Made by a program: the position numbers and the translations under genes. The notes under the pieces are model-generated. The model was given only the letters and a program-made list of their open reading frames with translations, was not told the origin of the DNA and made no database searches. Of a stretch of 64,000 nt of DNA, positions 49,406-61,550 are shown in pieces. Each line of letters opens with the position of its first letter. The first letter of the stretch is position 1. Source of the DNA: Octopus sinensis. Taxonomy: Eukaryota. The stretch lies in assembly GCF_006345805.1 (NCBI RefSeq), contig NC_043001.1, forward strand, positions 81,468,001-81,532,000, written 5' to 3'.

Positions 49406-49708
49406 GGAGGCGCAATGGCCCGGTGGTTAGAGCAGCGGACTCGCGGTCGTAGGATCGCGGTTTCGGTTCCCAGACCGGGCGTTGTGAGTGTTTATTGAGC
49501 GAAAACACCTAAAGCTCCACGAGGCTCCGGCAGTGGGGTAGCGATACCTGCTGTACTCTTTCGCCACAACTTTCTCTCACTCTTTCTTCTGTTGGCCTGC
49601 TCGCTTAGCCAGCGGGGTGGCGTCATTTGAAGGCTAAGAAACAATGCTAAGCGCATTGTGACCAGCGATGTGTAGCAACATCTGATAGCCTGGTCGGTCA
49701 CGGTGATA
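49406..49708 (+). mobile_element. tRNA-derived SINE, third family (Arg-like head); head fragment also at 25530-25575 (-)
   Basis: ggaggcgcaatggcccggtggttagagcagcggactcgcggtcgtaggatcgcggtttcggttccc head followed by non-tRNA body. Confidence 0.8.
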
Positions 49709-50214
49709 AAGGCAATTTTAAACATGTTTATTCACTTGACCGGTTTCCCTTTTTTAGAAAAAGATTGTCGTTTTACTTTTGATAATCTGTTTCTAAAAAA
49801 AGTGAAACCGGTCAAGTGAATATTTGTGAGCGTTTGTGTGGTATTTGCATGTGTATATTCATATGATTGTGGAAGTTGTGTGAGTGTGTGTGTATGTGGT
49901 TTGCACAGCTTTTTGCATACTACATCTGAAGAGTGTTTGCTATTCCCAATTCACATTTTTTGCCAGCTTAATGAACTTACACTTGAGTTCAACTAGAAAA
50001 TTATCCTTGTGATCTTTAAACGTAAAGTATGGCACTAAACATTAGGTCTTGTCATCTATTTTAACTTCCTATTCAATATCTCAGTCTCTTTAATAATTTT
50101 GTAATAGATGCTAATGCTTGTTTTTCCTCTGAGTATTTATAATGTCATTTGAAGAAAGCTCAGAATGTATGAGAATGTCAGTATAATAGAGATGCAATTA
50201 TTGTGTACAAATTT

Positions 50215-50430
50215 AAGGTGACGAGCTTGCACAATCGTTAACATGCCGGACAAAATGCTTTGCGGCATTTCATGTTCTTGGCGTTCCAAGTTCAAATTCC
50301 GCCGAGGCCGACTTTGCCTTTCATCTTTTCAGAGGTGATAAAATAAGTACCAGTAGCGTACTGGTGTGGATGAAATCGACTTAGCCCCTTGCCCTGAAAT
50401 TGCTGGCTTTGTGCCAAAATTTGAAGCCAA

Positions 50431-50490
<60 letters not shown>

Positions 50491-50707
50491 CATTATTAAG
50501 GCTAGCAACTGACAGAAATGTTAGCATGCCGGTCAAAATGTTTGGCGGCAATTCATCTGTCTTCATATTCAGAGTTCAAATTTCACTGGGGTCGATTTTG
50601 CCTTTCATCCCTTCTGGATCAATAAAATAAGTTGCGCACTGGGGTGAATGAAATCGACCTAACCCCCTTCCCTGAATTGCTGATCTTGTGCCAAAATTCG
50701 AAACCAA

Positions 50708-50773
<66 letters not shown>

Positions 50774-50790
50774 CATTATTATTATTATTT
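50215..50790 (+). mobile_element. Two SINE-A subfamily copies with a tgtgccaaaatttgaa tail and (ATT)n; similar copies at 52200-52420 (+) and 27295-27500 (-)
   Basis: Core match plus alternative tail. Confidence 0.8.
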
Positions 50791-52122
50791 GACGAAAACT
50801 CTCAGATTATTTTGCTGGGTATGACGGAAAGTGCCAGTCGTTTGCAGCCAGCAGACTAAGGGGACACTTGTTTATTGATCATGCTTCAAGAACACTGAGG
50901 AGAACTCTTGCAGTCCCAAACAATGATGATTTTTGTAAGTGTTCTATCTTTACATTTGTACTAATCTTTTTGAAATTGTTGATAGTATAGGCGCAGGAGT
51001 GTGGTAAGTAGCTTCTTTACCTACCACATGGTTCCGGGTTCAGTCCCACTGCGTGGCACCTTGGGCAAGTGTCTTCTACTATAGCCTCGGGCCGACGGAA
51101 ACTGAAAGAAGCTCGTCGTATATATGTATATATATATATATATATGCATGTGCGTGTATGTTTGTGTGTCTGTGTTTGTCCCCCTAGCATTGCTTGACAA
51201 CCGATGCTGGTGTGTTTATATCCCCGTCACTTAGCGGTTCGGCAAAAGAGACCGATAGAATACGTACTGGGTTTACAAAGAATAAGTCCTGGGGTCGAGT
51301 TGCTCGATTAAAGGCGGTGCTCCAGTATGGCCGCAGTCAAAATGACTAAAACAAGTAAAAAGAGAAAAAGAGAAAAGAGTTGAATACTGATACTTCAAAG
51401 CGCGCCGATTACAATGAGTGTCATGTCCACTCTCTTCATTGCACGCAACCATTGCACGCGTATTTTCCAATCGTCATAGTTTTTCACTTTTTCTTCTTTC
51501 CCTTTGATCCTGTTGTCACCAGGACATGCCATGTATTATTATTATTATTATTATTATATTATTATTATTATCATCATCATCATCATCATCATCATCATAT
51601 TATTATTATTATTGAGTGAGAGAGCAGTTCATGCCATCAAAGTGACACTGCGGTAAAATATACGAAGCCCAGTATACTCATCATGACTACCCGTCTGGTA
51701 AGGGAACACCAGGCACATGCATCACAACCATATGTGCGAGACATGGTGATCTCATATCAAGATAAACAGCACATGACCTTGCAGGTGGGATCCAGTTAGA
51801 ATTTTCTTCAGGTCGAGTAGCCCATCCCGCTCAAAAGGTCCCTGGATAAAGATTGTTTAAGGTTTTTGAACGAACCACCTATGTTTCCAAAGGTGAATTA
51901 TCCAAACCTCCAAGAATCCCTTTCAACACACGGCTATGATGCTCCCCCACTACTTCTGCTCGTGATCAGAGATGCACATATCGTCAACCACTAAGGGACA
52001 TGCTCAACTGGTTAAGGTCAAACAACTGACAGGCAAATCTGTGGTATTGAGCAGAATAATTGCTGTAGCCCATTTTTTATACCAAGACAAAACAATTATT
52101 ATTATTATTAGTAGTAGTAGTA

Positions 52123-52184
<62 letters not shown>

Positions 52185-53224
52185 TCATCATTATTATTAC
52201 TTAGGCGGCGAGTAGCAAAAATTATTAGCACGCCTGACAAAATCCTTAGTGGAATTTCGTCCCTTTTTACCTTCTGAGTTCAAATTCCGCCGAGGTCGAC
52301 TTTGTTTTTCATCCTTTTAGGGTCGATAAAAATAAGTGCCAGTGGTGCACTAGGCTCAATATAATAAACTTACTACACATCCCCAGGAATTGCTGGCCTT
52401 GTGCCAAAATTTGAAATCAGTATTATATACAAGTATTTTCAGAGAATTTTTAATAAATGATCTTCTATCTTCCGTTTTTTTTTTGGGGGGGGGGGAGGCG
52501 TAACACAGTTGATAAATACTGCTTCTACTTGAATGGGATCTTACCTTTCCAGTCATCTGAACAACGGAAATCCGTTCATAAAATCCTCCAGTGATTTAAG
52601 GTGTAGAGAGTAAGTTCTTATCCTGAAGTCCAGATTTATATTTTACACTTTTAATTACATTTTCAGTCTTTTACGCCTTTATATATTTTTCACTCATTGG
52701 ATTGTGCCCTTGCTGGAGCACTGCTTTGGAGGATTTAGTCGATCAAATTGACCCCAGCACTTATTTGTCAAATCTGGTTTGCATTCTATTAGTTTCTTTT
52801 CACAAACTGTTATGTAACGGAGACGTAAAGAAACCAACGCAGGTTGTCCGATATGGGAAGGGGGACAAATGTAAAGACACGCTCACACACATACATAAAC
52901 TCTTAGACACACATACATATACACACGTATATGTTAGGCTTCCACAATGTTTTCGATTTAGAAATTCATTCACAAGGCTTTGGTCGGCACGGAGTTAGGG
53001 TAGAAGGTACCTGCTCGAGGTGCCGCACACTGGGATTGAACGCGAAACCTAGTTAAAAGAATCCGAACAATTATCTCCCATCCTGAAATTCAAAAATGAA
53101 AGATTCGTGGAAATAAAACAAGCACTACTTGAAAGAAAGTACCCGCCTACTTTGATAGAGTGTGGAAATAAGAACGCGCGAAAGATATAGGTATTGAAGA
53201 ATTATGAAAGATCAAAAACAATTC

Positions 53225-53672
53225 AGGCGTAGAAGTGGCTGTGTGGTAAGCAGGCGTAGGAATGGCTGTGTGGTAAGTAGCTTGCTAACCAACCACATGG
53301 TTCTAGATTCAGTCCCACTGCGTGGCACCTTGGGCAAGTGTCTTCTACTATAGCCTCGGGCCGACCAAAGCCTTGTGAGTGGATTTGGTAGACGGAAACT
53401 GAAAGAAGCTCGTCGCATATATGTATATATATATATGTGTGTGTCAGTGTGTGTGTGTGTTTGTGTGTCTGTGTTTGTCCCCCAGCATCGCTTGACAACC
53501 GATGCTGGTGTGTTTACGTCACAACAAAACTCAGCGGTTCGGCAAAAGAGACCGATAGAATAAGTACTAGGCTTACAAAGAATAAGTCCTGGGGTTGATT
53601 TGCTCGACTAAAGGCGGTGCTCCAGCATGATCACAGTCAAATGACTGAAACAAGTAAAAGAGTAAAAGAGTA
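53225..53672 (+). mobile_element. SINE-B, full length, with duplicated head. Other copies: about 1640-2008(+), 4690-5450(-), 5690-5990(-), 9090-9470(+), 10520-11430(-), 18540-19045(-), 20640-21020(-), 22288-22560(+), 37680-38180, 42620-43020(-), 50988-51365(+), 58490-58950(+), 61685-62075(-), 62445-62835(-)
   Basis: Conserved gggcaagtgtcttctactatagcctcgggccgaccaaagccttgtgagtggatttggtagacggaaactgaaagaagc and ggcggtgctccagcatggccgcagtcaaatgactgaaacaagtaaaag blocks. Confidence 0.9.
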
Positions 53673-53689
53673 ATACACTCAAAACTCTA

Positions 53690-54255
53690 TTTACAATAGC
53701 AACACGCAACCTAAGAAGAAACATTCAACATTATCTATCAAAACATTATTATTGAACCAAAACCTAAAAATGAAAAAAGGCACTTGAATCATACGAAATA
53801 ACTAAAGGCAAAATACAGCTAAAATTCCTTTAAAGACTACTTAACAGCGCAAAACTGCAAACTGCTGAATCAACTCCAATAGTTAAAAATGGTGGCCGCT
53901 TAATATATGCCATTAAGTGCAATGGATGCGGTGAAGATTACATTGGACAAACCAAACCCACCTTAAGAGTGACGTGAACGATTTATCGACACCAAACACA
54001 AGATCTGGGGGCATGACAATTCTCACTCTGTGAAAATTTGAACATATGCGCAACAATCAAACCGCTCGAATTCCTTGTCTTCTCACTTTATCAATGTGCA
54101 GAGAATACCACAGCCCAAACACGAATAAGTTAATAAAATTCTTCGATTAAAAATTACAAACTACGGCTGAATAGGTTATAAAAACATCAATAATACACGG
54201 TTCGCCATTCACTTTGAATGCTATCCATGGTTGATTAAAAGCCCCTTCTGATGAA
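53690..54255 (+). mobile_element. Decayed Penelope/Poseidon-type PLE 3' fragment (GIY-YIG)
   Basis: LIYAIKCNGCGEDYIGQTKPTLR at about 53895-53965; residual CTGATGA near 54248. Confidence 0.7.
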
Positions 54256-54756
54256 AGTAATTCATATCTCTCATTTCAGTTCATTAATTACACCTTAATT
54301 TTTGGCATAGCAAATTTCACTTAATTTCATTTCATTTTCACAGATTTTCACGAAGCTTTTTTACGATTCCTTGTATGTGTACTTGTGTGTGGTGTATTTG
54401 ATTAACTTTGGTTTATCTAACACATACGCACGCGCGGGGGAACGCCCAAACACCCACTCGCTCCTTTCTTTTTTGCTCTGTTAACACAACATATTTAAAT
54501 GGATGTTATGAAAATTTAGGAACCAAACCACTTTTTTTTTATGCACTTCGGATTTTTCAGCAATTTTAACTGCAGTTATTCATAAGTTACGCACGCCAAA
54601 TAGTTTTAAAATAACATTTCTTTTTCGACCATTCTGACCACATTTTGATAAGGAAAACGGAACCATTCGACTAAATAAGATAATGATTATTCCCACAACT
54701 ACCGAACACTACCAAAAAACTAAAACAACCTTAGATTCGGCCGCAATTTTCTTCTT

Positions 54757-56300
54757 TCATATCGTCTGACTGACACGTAACATATCTACAGTTACATATC
54801 TTTGACGTAACCTTACTGCGCGGCTATTGGAGAGACGCTGCTTGAAAGAGTTCCCGGAACATCCAATGTATCTCCGTAGACGTGTGTTGTCGGTGCCGTA
54901 CCTACCGGTGTTGTTGTTGTTGTTATTGTTGCTTTTGTTGTTGCTGTGGCTGCCGCCGCCGACATTATTGTTGTTGGAGCTGGAACGGCTAGTGTCGGCG
55001 TCGCTGAAGATGGTGGTGGTAGCGTCGGTAATGGTATCACTACTACCCGTTATGGTGAAGGCGCTATTCTTATTATGGTCATTAGTGGGAGAGTTCCCAT
55101 TGCTGCAAGAGCTGTCATTTGCTGTGGTCCCGCTGGTGTTCCTGCTAGGGCCACTATCGCTGCTGTTGTTGTTGTCATTGCTGCCATTATTGTCGTTATT
55201 GACAAGGCGGCGAGCTGGCAGAAACGTTAGCACTCCGGGCGAAATGCGTAGCCGTATTCCGTCTGTCGTTACGTTCCGAGTTCAAATTCCGCCGAGGTCG
55301 ACTTTGCCTTTCATCCTTTCGAGGTCGATAAATTAAGTACCAGTTACGCACTGGGGTCGATGTAATCGACTTAATCCCTTTGTCTGTCCTTGTTTGTCCC
55401 CTCTGTGTTTAGCCCCTTGTGGGTAGTAAAGAAATATATTGTCGTTATTGTCGGCGGTGGCACTGGACCTGTTGCTGCTACTATAGGGGTCGTCAGATCT
55501 GCTACTGTGGACGTTAGGGAAGCTGTTGGTAATACTGGTGTTAATGCTGCTGTTGTTACTGTTGTCCATGCCGTCGAGGGAACTGCCAATGCTGGAGCTG
55601 AAGCTGTTATTGCTATTGTTAATGTTGTTAATTGTGGCGATGGTGCTGATTCTTTTCTCGTGTCTACGGATGCTACTGCTTCTACCAGTGGTATTGCCAG
55701 GGTTTGCTAGTACTTCGGCTTCATCGACGACCCCTTTGGTTTTGTAGTGTCCTGTCACCGGCCATCTGTTGCGGTTCCTGCATAAACATCATGCCCCTTC
55801 TAGTGGCCTAGGGGCGCTAACTAGGATGTTCTTAATACTAGGGGCACAGCTAAACGAGAACTCAACTTTGTACCTGTTGAAAATGGACCCTTATCTATGG
55901 GAGTTTGTGAAATGCTTATCTATTGGTTTTAGAAATATTCTACCCACGAGAGTTTTTGTGTTAAGAGAGCAGAAGGGTGCAAATCAAATGATACTTCTGC
56001 GGTACTTCCTTCTGCAGTTGTTGGTTCGGCATGTTGGGGATGCGGTCTCTAAATCTGCCCCGTTATAGTACGAGCCCCTGCATCGAAAATCTCTTGGTTG
56101 GAGGAAAGGTTCGTGATTTTTTTACTAACACCCTTTACCAGGTTTTTGAGTACGATGGGTGGCAGGAGGCTGTATTGATGTACGTTAGCCTCTCGTTTGA
56201 TTTGCGGTAGGCCTGTATGTACCGGAGCCTAAAAAGTTCGCGGTTGTGAGGTTAGTCTCTATGGTGATTTTCAATCCCATGGAGGCAAGCGTGTTGATTA
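54757..56300 (-). mobile_element. Decayed Neptune-type PLE whose GIY-YIG domain holds a ~195-aa N/S/T-rich insert, itself interrupted by a SINE
   Basis: Minus strand: MGLKITIETNLTTANFL..., HPPIVLKNLVKGVSKKI, IDKHF, FNRYKVEFSFSC, KGVVDEAEV (about 55710-55740) ... RRYIGCSGNSFKQRL (about 54835-54880). Confidence 0.8.
55202..55436 (+). mobile_element. Young SINE-A with a 14-bp TSD
   Basis: TATTGTCGTTATTG at 55188-55201 and 55437-55450. Confidence 0.95.
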
Positions 56301-56307
56301 TATATAT

Positions 56308-56480
56308 CTAGTATATATATATAAATAGCAGTATGTGTGTATAATGACTAACGCATACATTTCCACAATTCTCAACCGATTTTCTCCAAACTTTACACAC
56401 ACATTAGCTTTGTCGCAAGGATTGTCATGCACTATAACATTTTGCCCAGAACTCCCGCGTAAATGGACGTAAATGGACAT
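56308..56480 (+). mobile_element. Helitron-like 5' terminal fragment
   Basis: tctagtatatatatataaatagcagtatgtgtg...accgattttctccaaactttacacac resembles common animal Helitron 5' ends (recognition by memory). Confidence 0.35.
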
Positions 56481-57229
56481 AGCTTTTCGTATGTAGGGTC
56501 TTCCATACTTTTTAAAATCTTTTAAATAAAAGTGAAAGGATTTTGTCTATTTATATACTTCGAATGTCCACCTGCGAGGTGACTCAGTCAGGAAACAGGA
56601 TATGGAAGCTACCATTTTGTTTTCATGTAAATAAATTTAAAAGATTTATCCCAAAAATCTAATTTAACTGTTATTTTTAGCACAACACGTGTTATGTCTC
56701 CGGTAATGTTCACTTATATAAATAAATGTTTATTTTAACTTAAAAGATTTTCCAATTTCGTTGCAGGGTCTTCTATATGTTTTTAATTTATATCGTCGTA
56801 TGTTGGCATTAGAGAATACTTTTGACTGTGATTAAATTGACTAGGAACACTGTACGCGATGAATATCCAGTACCAAACAATCTTAATCTCCATATTTAGC
56901 TGCATTAAACTTTGGCAGCTTACCTTTCCTATTCTGAGTTACTTGAAAGTGATGTTCTCTTCTATTTGTTAGTACCTTTGTTTACCTTTCCTTTGCGTTG
57001 TTTCACTTTAAGGATGCTTATTTACCCATCCATTATGATGTAACGAACTTGAGAGTGTGAATATCTTCTCTTGTACTTTCGGGGTACAAGAAAGCAATCA
57101 CTAGCCGTTGCTTTACTAATCCAGAATTCTACCAGTCAGAAACAACAAGACGCAGACGTAAAATATATATACTACTTTATTCTCTTTCTTGGTAACAATA
57201 ACAATAAGTGGTTATCTGATGTCCTTGGT

Positions 57230-57615
57230 TCGGGGCGCGCAAGGCTGAAAGTTAATCGATTGTAATATTCACAATATTCAGCCGCTAAAACCAGAACGGG
57301 TTCAAGATGGCGTCGAACAGGGAAGTTGAATGTGGTCGGCAACAATTTGGTTAAAAGCTTTCGGCCGACTGCTATCAAAGCTGGACAGCGAGAATACACG
57401 TCCGTCTCCTTCGTCGCTGCCGTCCCAAGTCGCCGCTGCTGCTGCTAGCGGTCAAACGTTCTACGACCCCCTTGCCTCGCTAACTGCTACGTAGGCAATA
57501 GGGTTCTGCTTCCGGTGGTTCGCGCATGCGCGAGAGGGCCCTTCCTCTCTCTGCCTTGGTAAAGGCACCAACACGCGCGAAATAGAAAATGGACGGTGCG
57601 CGCGCGCGCGCCGTT
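57230..57615. promoter_or_regulatory. CpG-island-like block with YY1 (57303-57312), ETS CTTCCGGT (57509-57516) and NRF1 GCGCATGCGC (57522-57531) motifs
   Basis: Locally high GC/CpG in an AT-rich window; three classical housekeeping-promoter motifs are clustered; (GC)n run near 57600. Confidence 0.5.
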
Positions 57616-57941
57616 ATAGGATCACTACAATGATATTTCAACTATTGTCCATTGTGTCAAATACGTGTCAAAGCATTGAGGTTCTAGTTTTTTTTTAACA
57701 ATTACATATGATTCGTCCCAAAGAATCAACTTTTAAATACAAGTTTTGCTACCACTAGCGAAAGCTATACGTATCTTTCAGAAAGCTCCATACCAACTTC
57801 ACTTTATGCGGCATTCGCTGTTACTTTATGTGCAGGATATGTGAGAAGAGAGAATAAAGGGGCTTGTGTTAGTTTTTAATAGAATCATCGATAATCACTT
57901 GGTACACTAAAACCCATTTTCTTTTTCCAGATAATACAAGC

Positions 57942-58250
57942 ATGCCACCTAAAAAGTCTTCTGTAGCGGCAAGGCAGCAGCGCTGGCAGGCTAAGGAAAC
58001 TGAGGACCAGAGGTCCTGTAGACTGTAGAAAAGAGCTGCCGCTGCTCGAGCTGCAGCTACTCCAGAGGAGTGCGAAACCTATCGAGTACGTGCTGCTGAC
58101 GCAAGGGGCGCAGCAACCCCACAAAGGAGCGCTATCCGTCGGACACGCATCGCTGCATCCACTTCTGCGACGAATGCCGAAGAAGCTCAGAAAAGAATGC
58201 TATCCGTTGGGCACGCAACATCCTTAAACTGCTTCCTCGGTTTGTGCTGA
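57942..58250 (+). pseudogene. Disrupted ORF (MPPKK...ETEDQRSCRL*...) resembling STPR-like N-termini of Helitron RepHel proteins
   Basis: 103 codons with one internal TAG (58026-58028); E-T-x-E/D-Q-R-x-x-R-L type repeat; preceded by acceptor ttttcttttttccAG at 57930. Confidence 0.45.
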
Positions 58251-58974
58251 AGCCTTTTTTCTATAAAATATCAATTTGAGCAGCAACTAGCCCAACGGAT
58301 TTGGTTCAAAATCTATTTTTCATAACCCTGGTGCTGTCAATTTTTTTCATACATACATACATACATACATACATACATACATACATACATTAATGTAGTT
58401 GAAATTCCAACGAAGGAGCCTTTGATCTAAGAAAGCGGCTCTTTCTATATTGGCAAGAAATCATGAAATAAAACTGAATAATGACATACATCAGGAGTGG
58501 CTATGTGATAAGTAGCTTGCTTACCAACCACATGGTTCCGGGTTCAGTTCCGCTGCGTGGCACCTTGGGCAAGTGTTTGCTACTATAGCCTCATGCTGAC
58601 CAAAGCCTTGTGAGTGGATTTGGTAGACGGAAACTGAAAGACGCCCGTCGTGTATATGTGTGTATGTGTGTGTGTGTGTATGTGTGTGTGTGTGTGTTGT
58701 GTGTGTGTGTGTGTGTGCGTGTGTGTGTCTGTGTGTCTGTGTGTGTCTGTGTTTGTCCCCCTAACATAGCTTGACAACCGATGCTGGTGTGGTTACGTTC
58801 CCGTAACTTAGCGGTTCGGCAAAAGAGACCGATAGAATAAGTACTAGGCTTACAAAGAATAAGTCCTGGGGGTCAATTTGCTCGATCGACTAAAGGCAGT
58901 GCTCCAGCATGGCCACAGTCAAATAAATGACTGAAGCAAGTAAAAGAATAAAAGAATACATACATACATACATG

Positions 58975-59475
58975 GTGGCTGCCCCCTCGTTATCGAGTAT
59001 GGCCTTTGCACGAAGCTTAATCAATGTTGTTATCGTGCAATGCCTGTGCAAGAAGATTTTTTTTAAAGTGAGGAAAGGCTGTGCACTGAGTCAATCCCAC
59101 TCATTAAGCAACAGCAGCCATAATCCGAAAAGAAGAACAAGTCAACATCATCGGTAACCACTGAGCCGCAGGTTTTATTTCGGAATTATCCCAGTTACCT
59201 GAGTTACCTTCTCCTAGAAGGATGCCCTAACAAAGGCTAGGAGTCCTCCACTCCCAATGGTTTAACCGCGCGATCGGGTATTCAGTCCGATTATTTCTAT
59301 GTCCCCGCGCATGATACAGCCTTAAGACATTTATTGGATGGTCGTTGACTCTCCAGAGTTCCTCCGCCCTTTGACGGGTTTTGTTTTTCACCCCGCAGGG
59401 TGTCCAATAAACACCCTCCTCACCAAGCAAGCTTAGTGGGGTTGCCGATTTAGTCGCCGACGACCCGACCATGCA
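58975..59475 (-). mobile_element. RTE-like 5'-UTR fragment
   Basis: Homologous to 28776-29420; contains ...gcatccttctaggagaaggtaactc. Confidence 0.5.
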
Positions 59476-59664
59476 ACAAGTTGAACTGGGTTACATGTTA
59501 CCAGTAGCACTCGAAAGTGACCTGACATTATATATACGTGCGCATACATACATACATACATGCATACATACATATATACATGCATGCATGCATACATACA
59601 TACATACATACATACATACATACATACATACATACATACATACATACATACATGCATGCATGCA

Positions 59665-59695
<31 letters not shown>

Positions 59696-59929
59696 CGGCT
59701 TCGAAACAAACAAACATACAAAACAGTGAACACTTGTCGAAAAAATACTTTGTTGTATTCAACCAGACTGGCCTAGAAAGACACTAACTGATAACTATCG
59801 ATCTCTGAAATAGAATAATTTAGCGGTTGATTTTTTAATAAACAATAAATAACGACACAATTACACACAAGCTGATTGACCTTAAAAAATAATTTAGAAA
59901 AAGGAAAACCATAAAAACTGTATTCAAGA

Positions 59930-60838
59930 GAAATTAACTCTTGTGTTGATTGTAGGAGTTATTTCCATTGGATGTTTTCAAAAGGTTTTGAATAAATGTC
60001 ATTATTGAATTTCGTTTTTGGATTTGGTTTGCAAGATTCTTTATTTGAGTTCGTGTGTTGAAGCATATTCTCTTGTGTCTGGGGAGAGTCATTTTCTTTT
60101 TGTGCCTTATAATGTAACACACTCACCGGTAAAATTTCCACTTTTTTTCTTATTTTTATTCTCCGAAAATTTTCATTGCGTCTTGCAACCTTTTCAATAG
60201 TCATTATTGAAAAGGTTGCAAGACGCAACGAAAATTTCAGAAAATAAAAAATAAGGAAAAAGTGGAAATTTTACCGGTGAGTGTGTTACATTCATCATCA
60301 TCATCATCATCATTTAACGTCCGCTTTCCATGCTAGCATGGGCTGGACGGTTCAACTGGGGTCTGGGGAGCCCGAAGGCTGCACCAGGCCAGTCAGATCT
60401 GGCAGTGTTTCTACAGCTGGATGCCCTTCCTAACGCCAACCACTCCGAGAGTGTAGTGGGTGATTTTATGTGCCACCGACACAGGTGCCAGACGAGGCTG
60501 GCGAACGGCCACGCTCGGATGGTGTTTTTTTATGTGCCACCGACACAGGTGCCAGACGAGGCTGGCAGACGGCCACGCTCGGATGGTGTTTTTATGTGCC
60601 ACCGACACAGGTGCCAGATGAGGATGGCGAACGGCCACGATCGGATGGTGTTTGTTACGTGCCCACAGCACGGAGGCCAGTCGATGCGGTACTGGCTACG
60701 GCCACGTTCGGATGGTTTTCTTGTGTGCCACCGGCACTGGTACCACAAAGATTAAAAATTCCATTGATGTTCATCTATTTTGATTTGTTTTGATTTTGAT
60801 ATAAGGCACAAAAAGAAAATGACTCTCCCCAGACACAA
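59930..60838. mobile_element. Fold-back copy of an unclassified AT-rich repeat (a second copy lies at 33716-33960), right arm interrupted by an insertion
   Basis: Left arm 60073-60199; right arm 60205-60292 plus 60800-60838. Confidence 0.75.
60293..60799 (-). mobile_element. RTE-tailed non-autonomous retroposon with an internal ~61-bp tandem repeat and (ATG)n tail
   Basis: Minus-strand end ...gcatggaaagcggacgttaaatgatgatgatg; 3-4 copies of ggtggcacataaaaacaccatccgagcgtggccg...ggcacctgtgtc at 60469-60730. Confidence 0.7.
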
Positions 60839-61477
60839 CAGTTACTATTGAACTTAACGCTGTAATCAGTTGTTTTTTTATTATTTTCAAATACTCGCAG
60901 AGGGAGATTTTGTATTCTAATTGCAGGGTTAGTCTCAACTAATCGAAATTTTTCCACTTACTATATAGGAGTACCTACACAAGTGTGCCTCCTTTCCCAC
61001 AGTCTTAGTTTCTGCATAGCATACAGAAAACTGGATATTTTTTTTCAGTGAAAGTTTCTACAGATACCTTTCAGATGATCGTAGTAAATATTCTGCTCAA
61101 TACCACACATCTGTTTCTCAGTCGCTCGGCTTTAACCACTTGCACATGACCCTTAGTGGCTGACAATAAGTGCGTCTCAACAACATGTATGTTGAGAGGG
61201 ATTCTTTGGAGTTTGAATAAATGTAATAAGAGCAAAGTTTGAAGGAAATGTTAACCATTTTTCGTACTTTCTTGAGATAAGCAAGTAGGAAAAACCAGAT
61301 GCTGCCCAAGGACAAATACCCTTATAACAAATATTCTGCTCAGTACCACAGATTTGCTTGTCATTTGCTTGACTTTAACCACTTGAGAATGTCTTTTAGT
61401 GGATGACAATATATGCATCTCTAGTCCCTGGAGTGGTCAGGGAGCATCATAGCTATGTTTTGAGAGGGATTCTCCCC

Positions 61478-61525
<48 letters not shown>

Positions 61526-61550
61526 GCACACACACACACACACACACACA

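Noticed and set aside
54243-54262. CTGATGA after the 53.7 kb PLE fragment as a hammerhead
   Set aside because: No stem II or GAAA follows; at most a remnant.
54827-55747. Hydrophobic V/L/A-rich plus-strand ORFs
   Set aside because: Antisense reading of the N/S/T-rich PLE insert.
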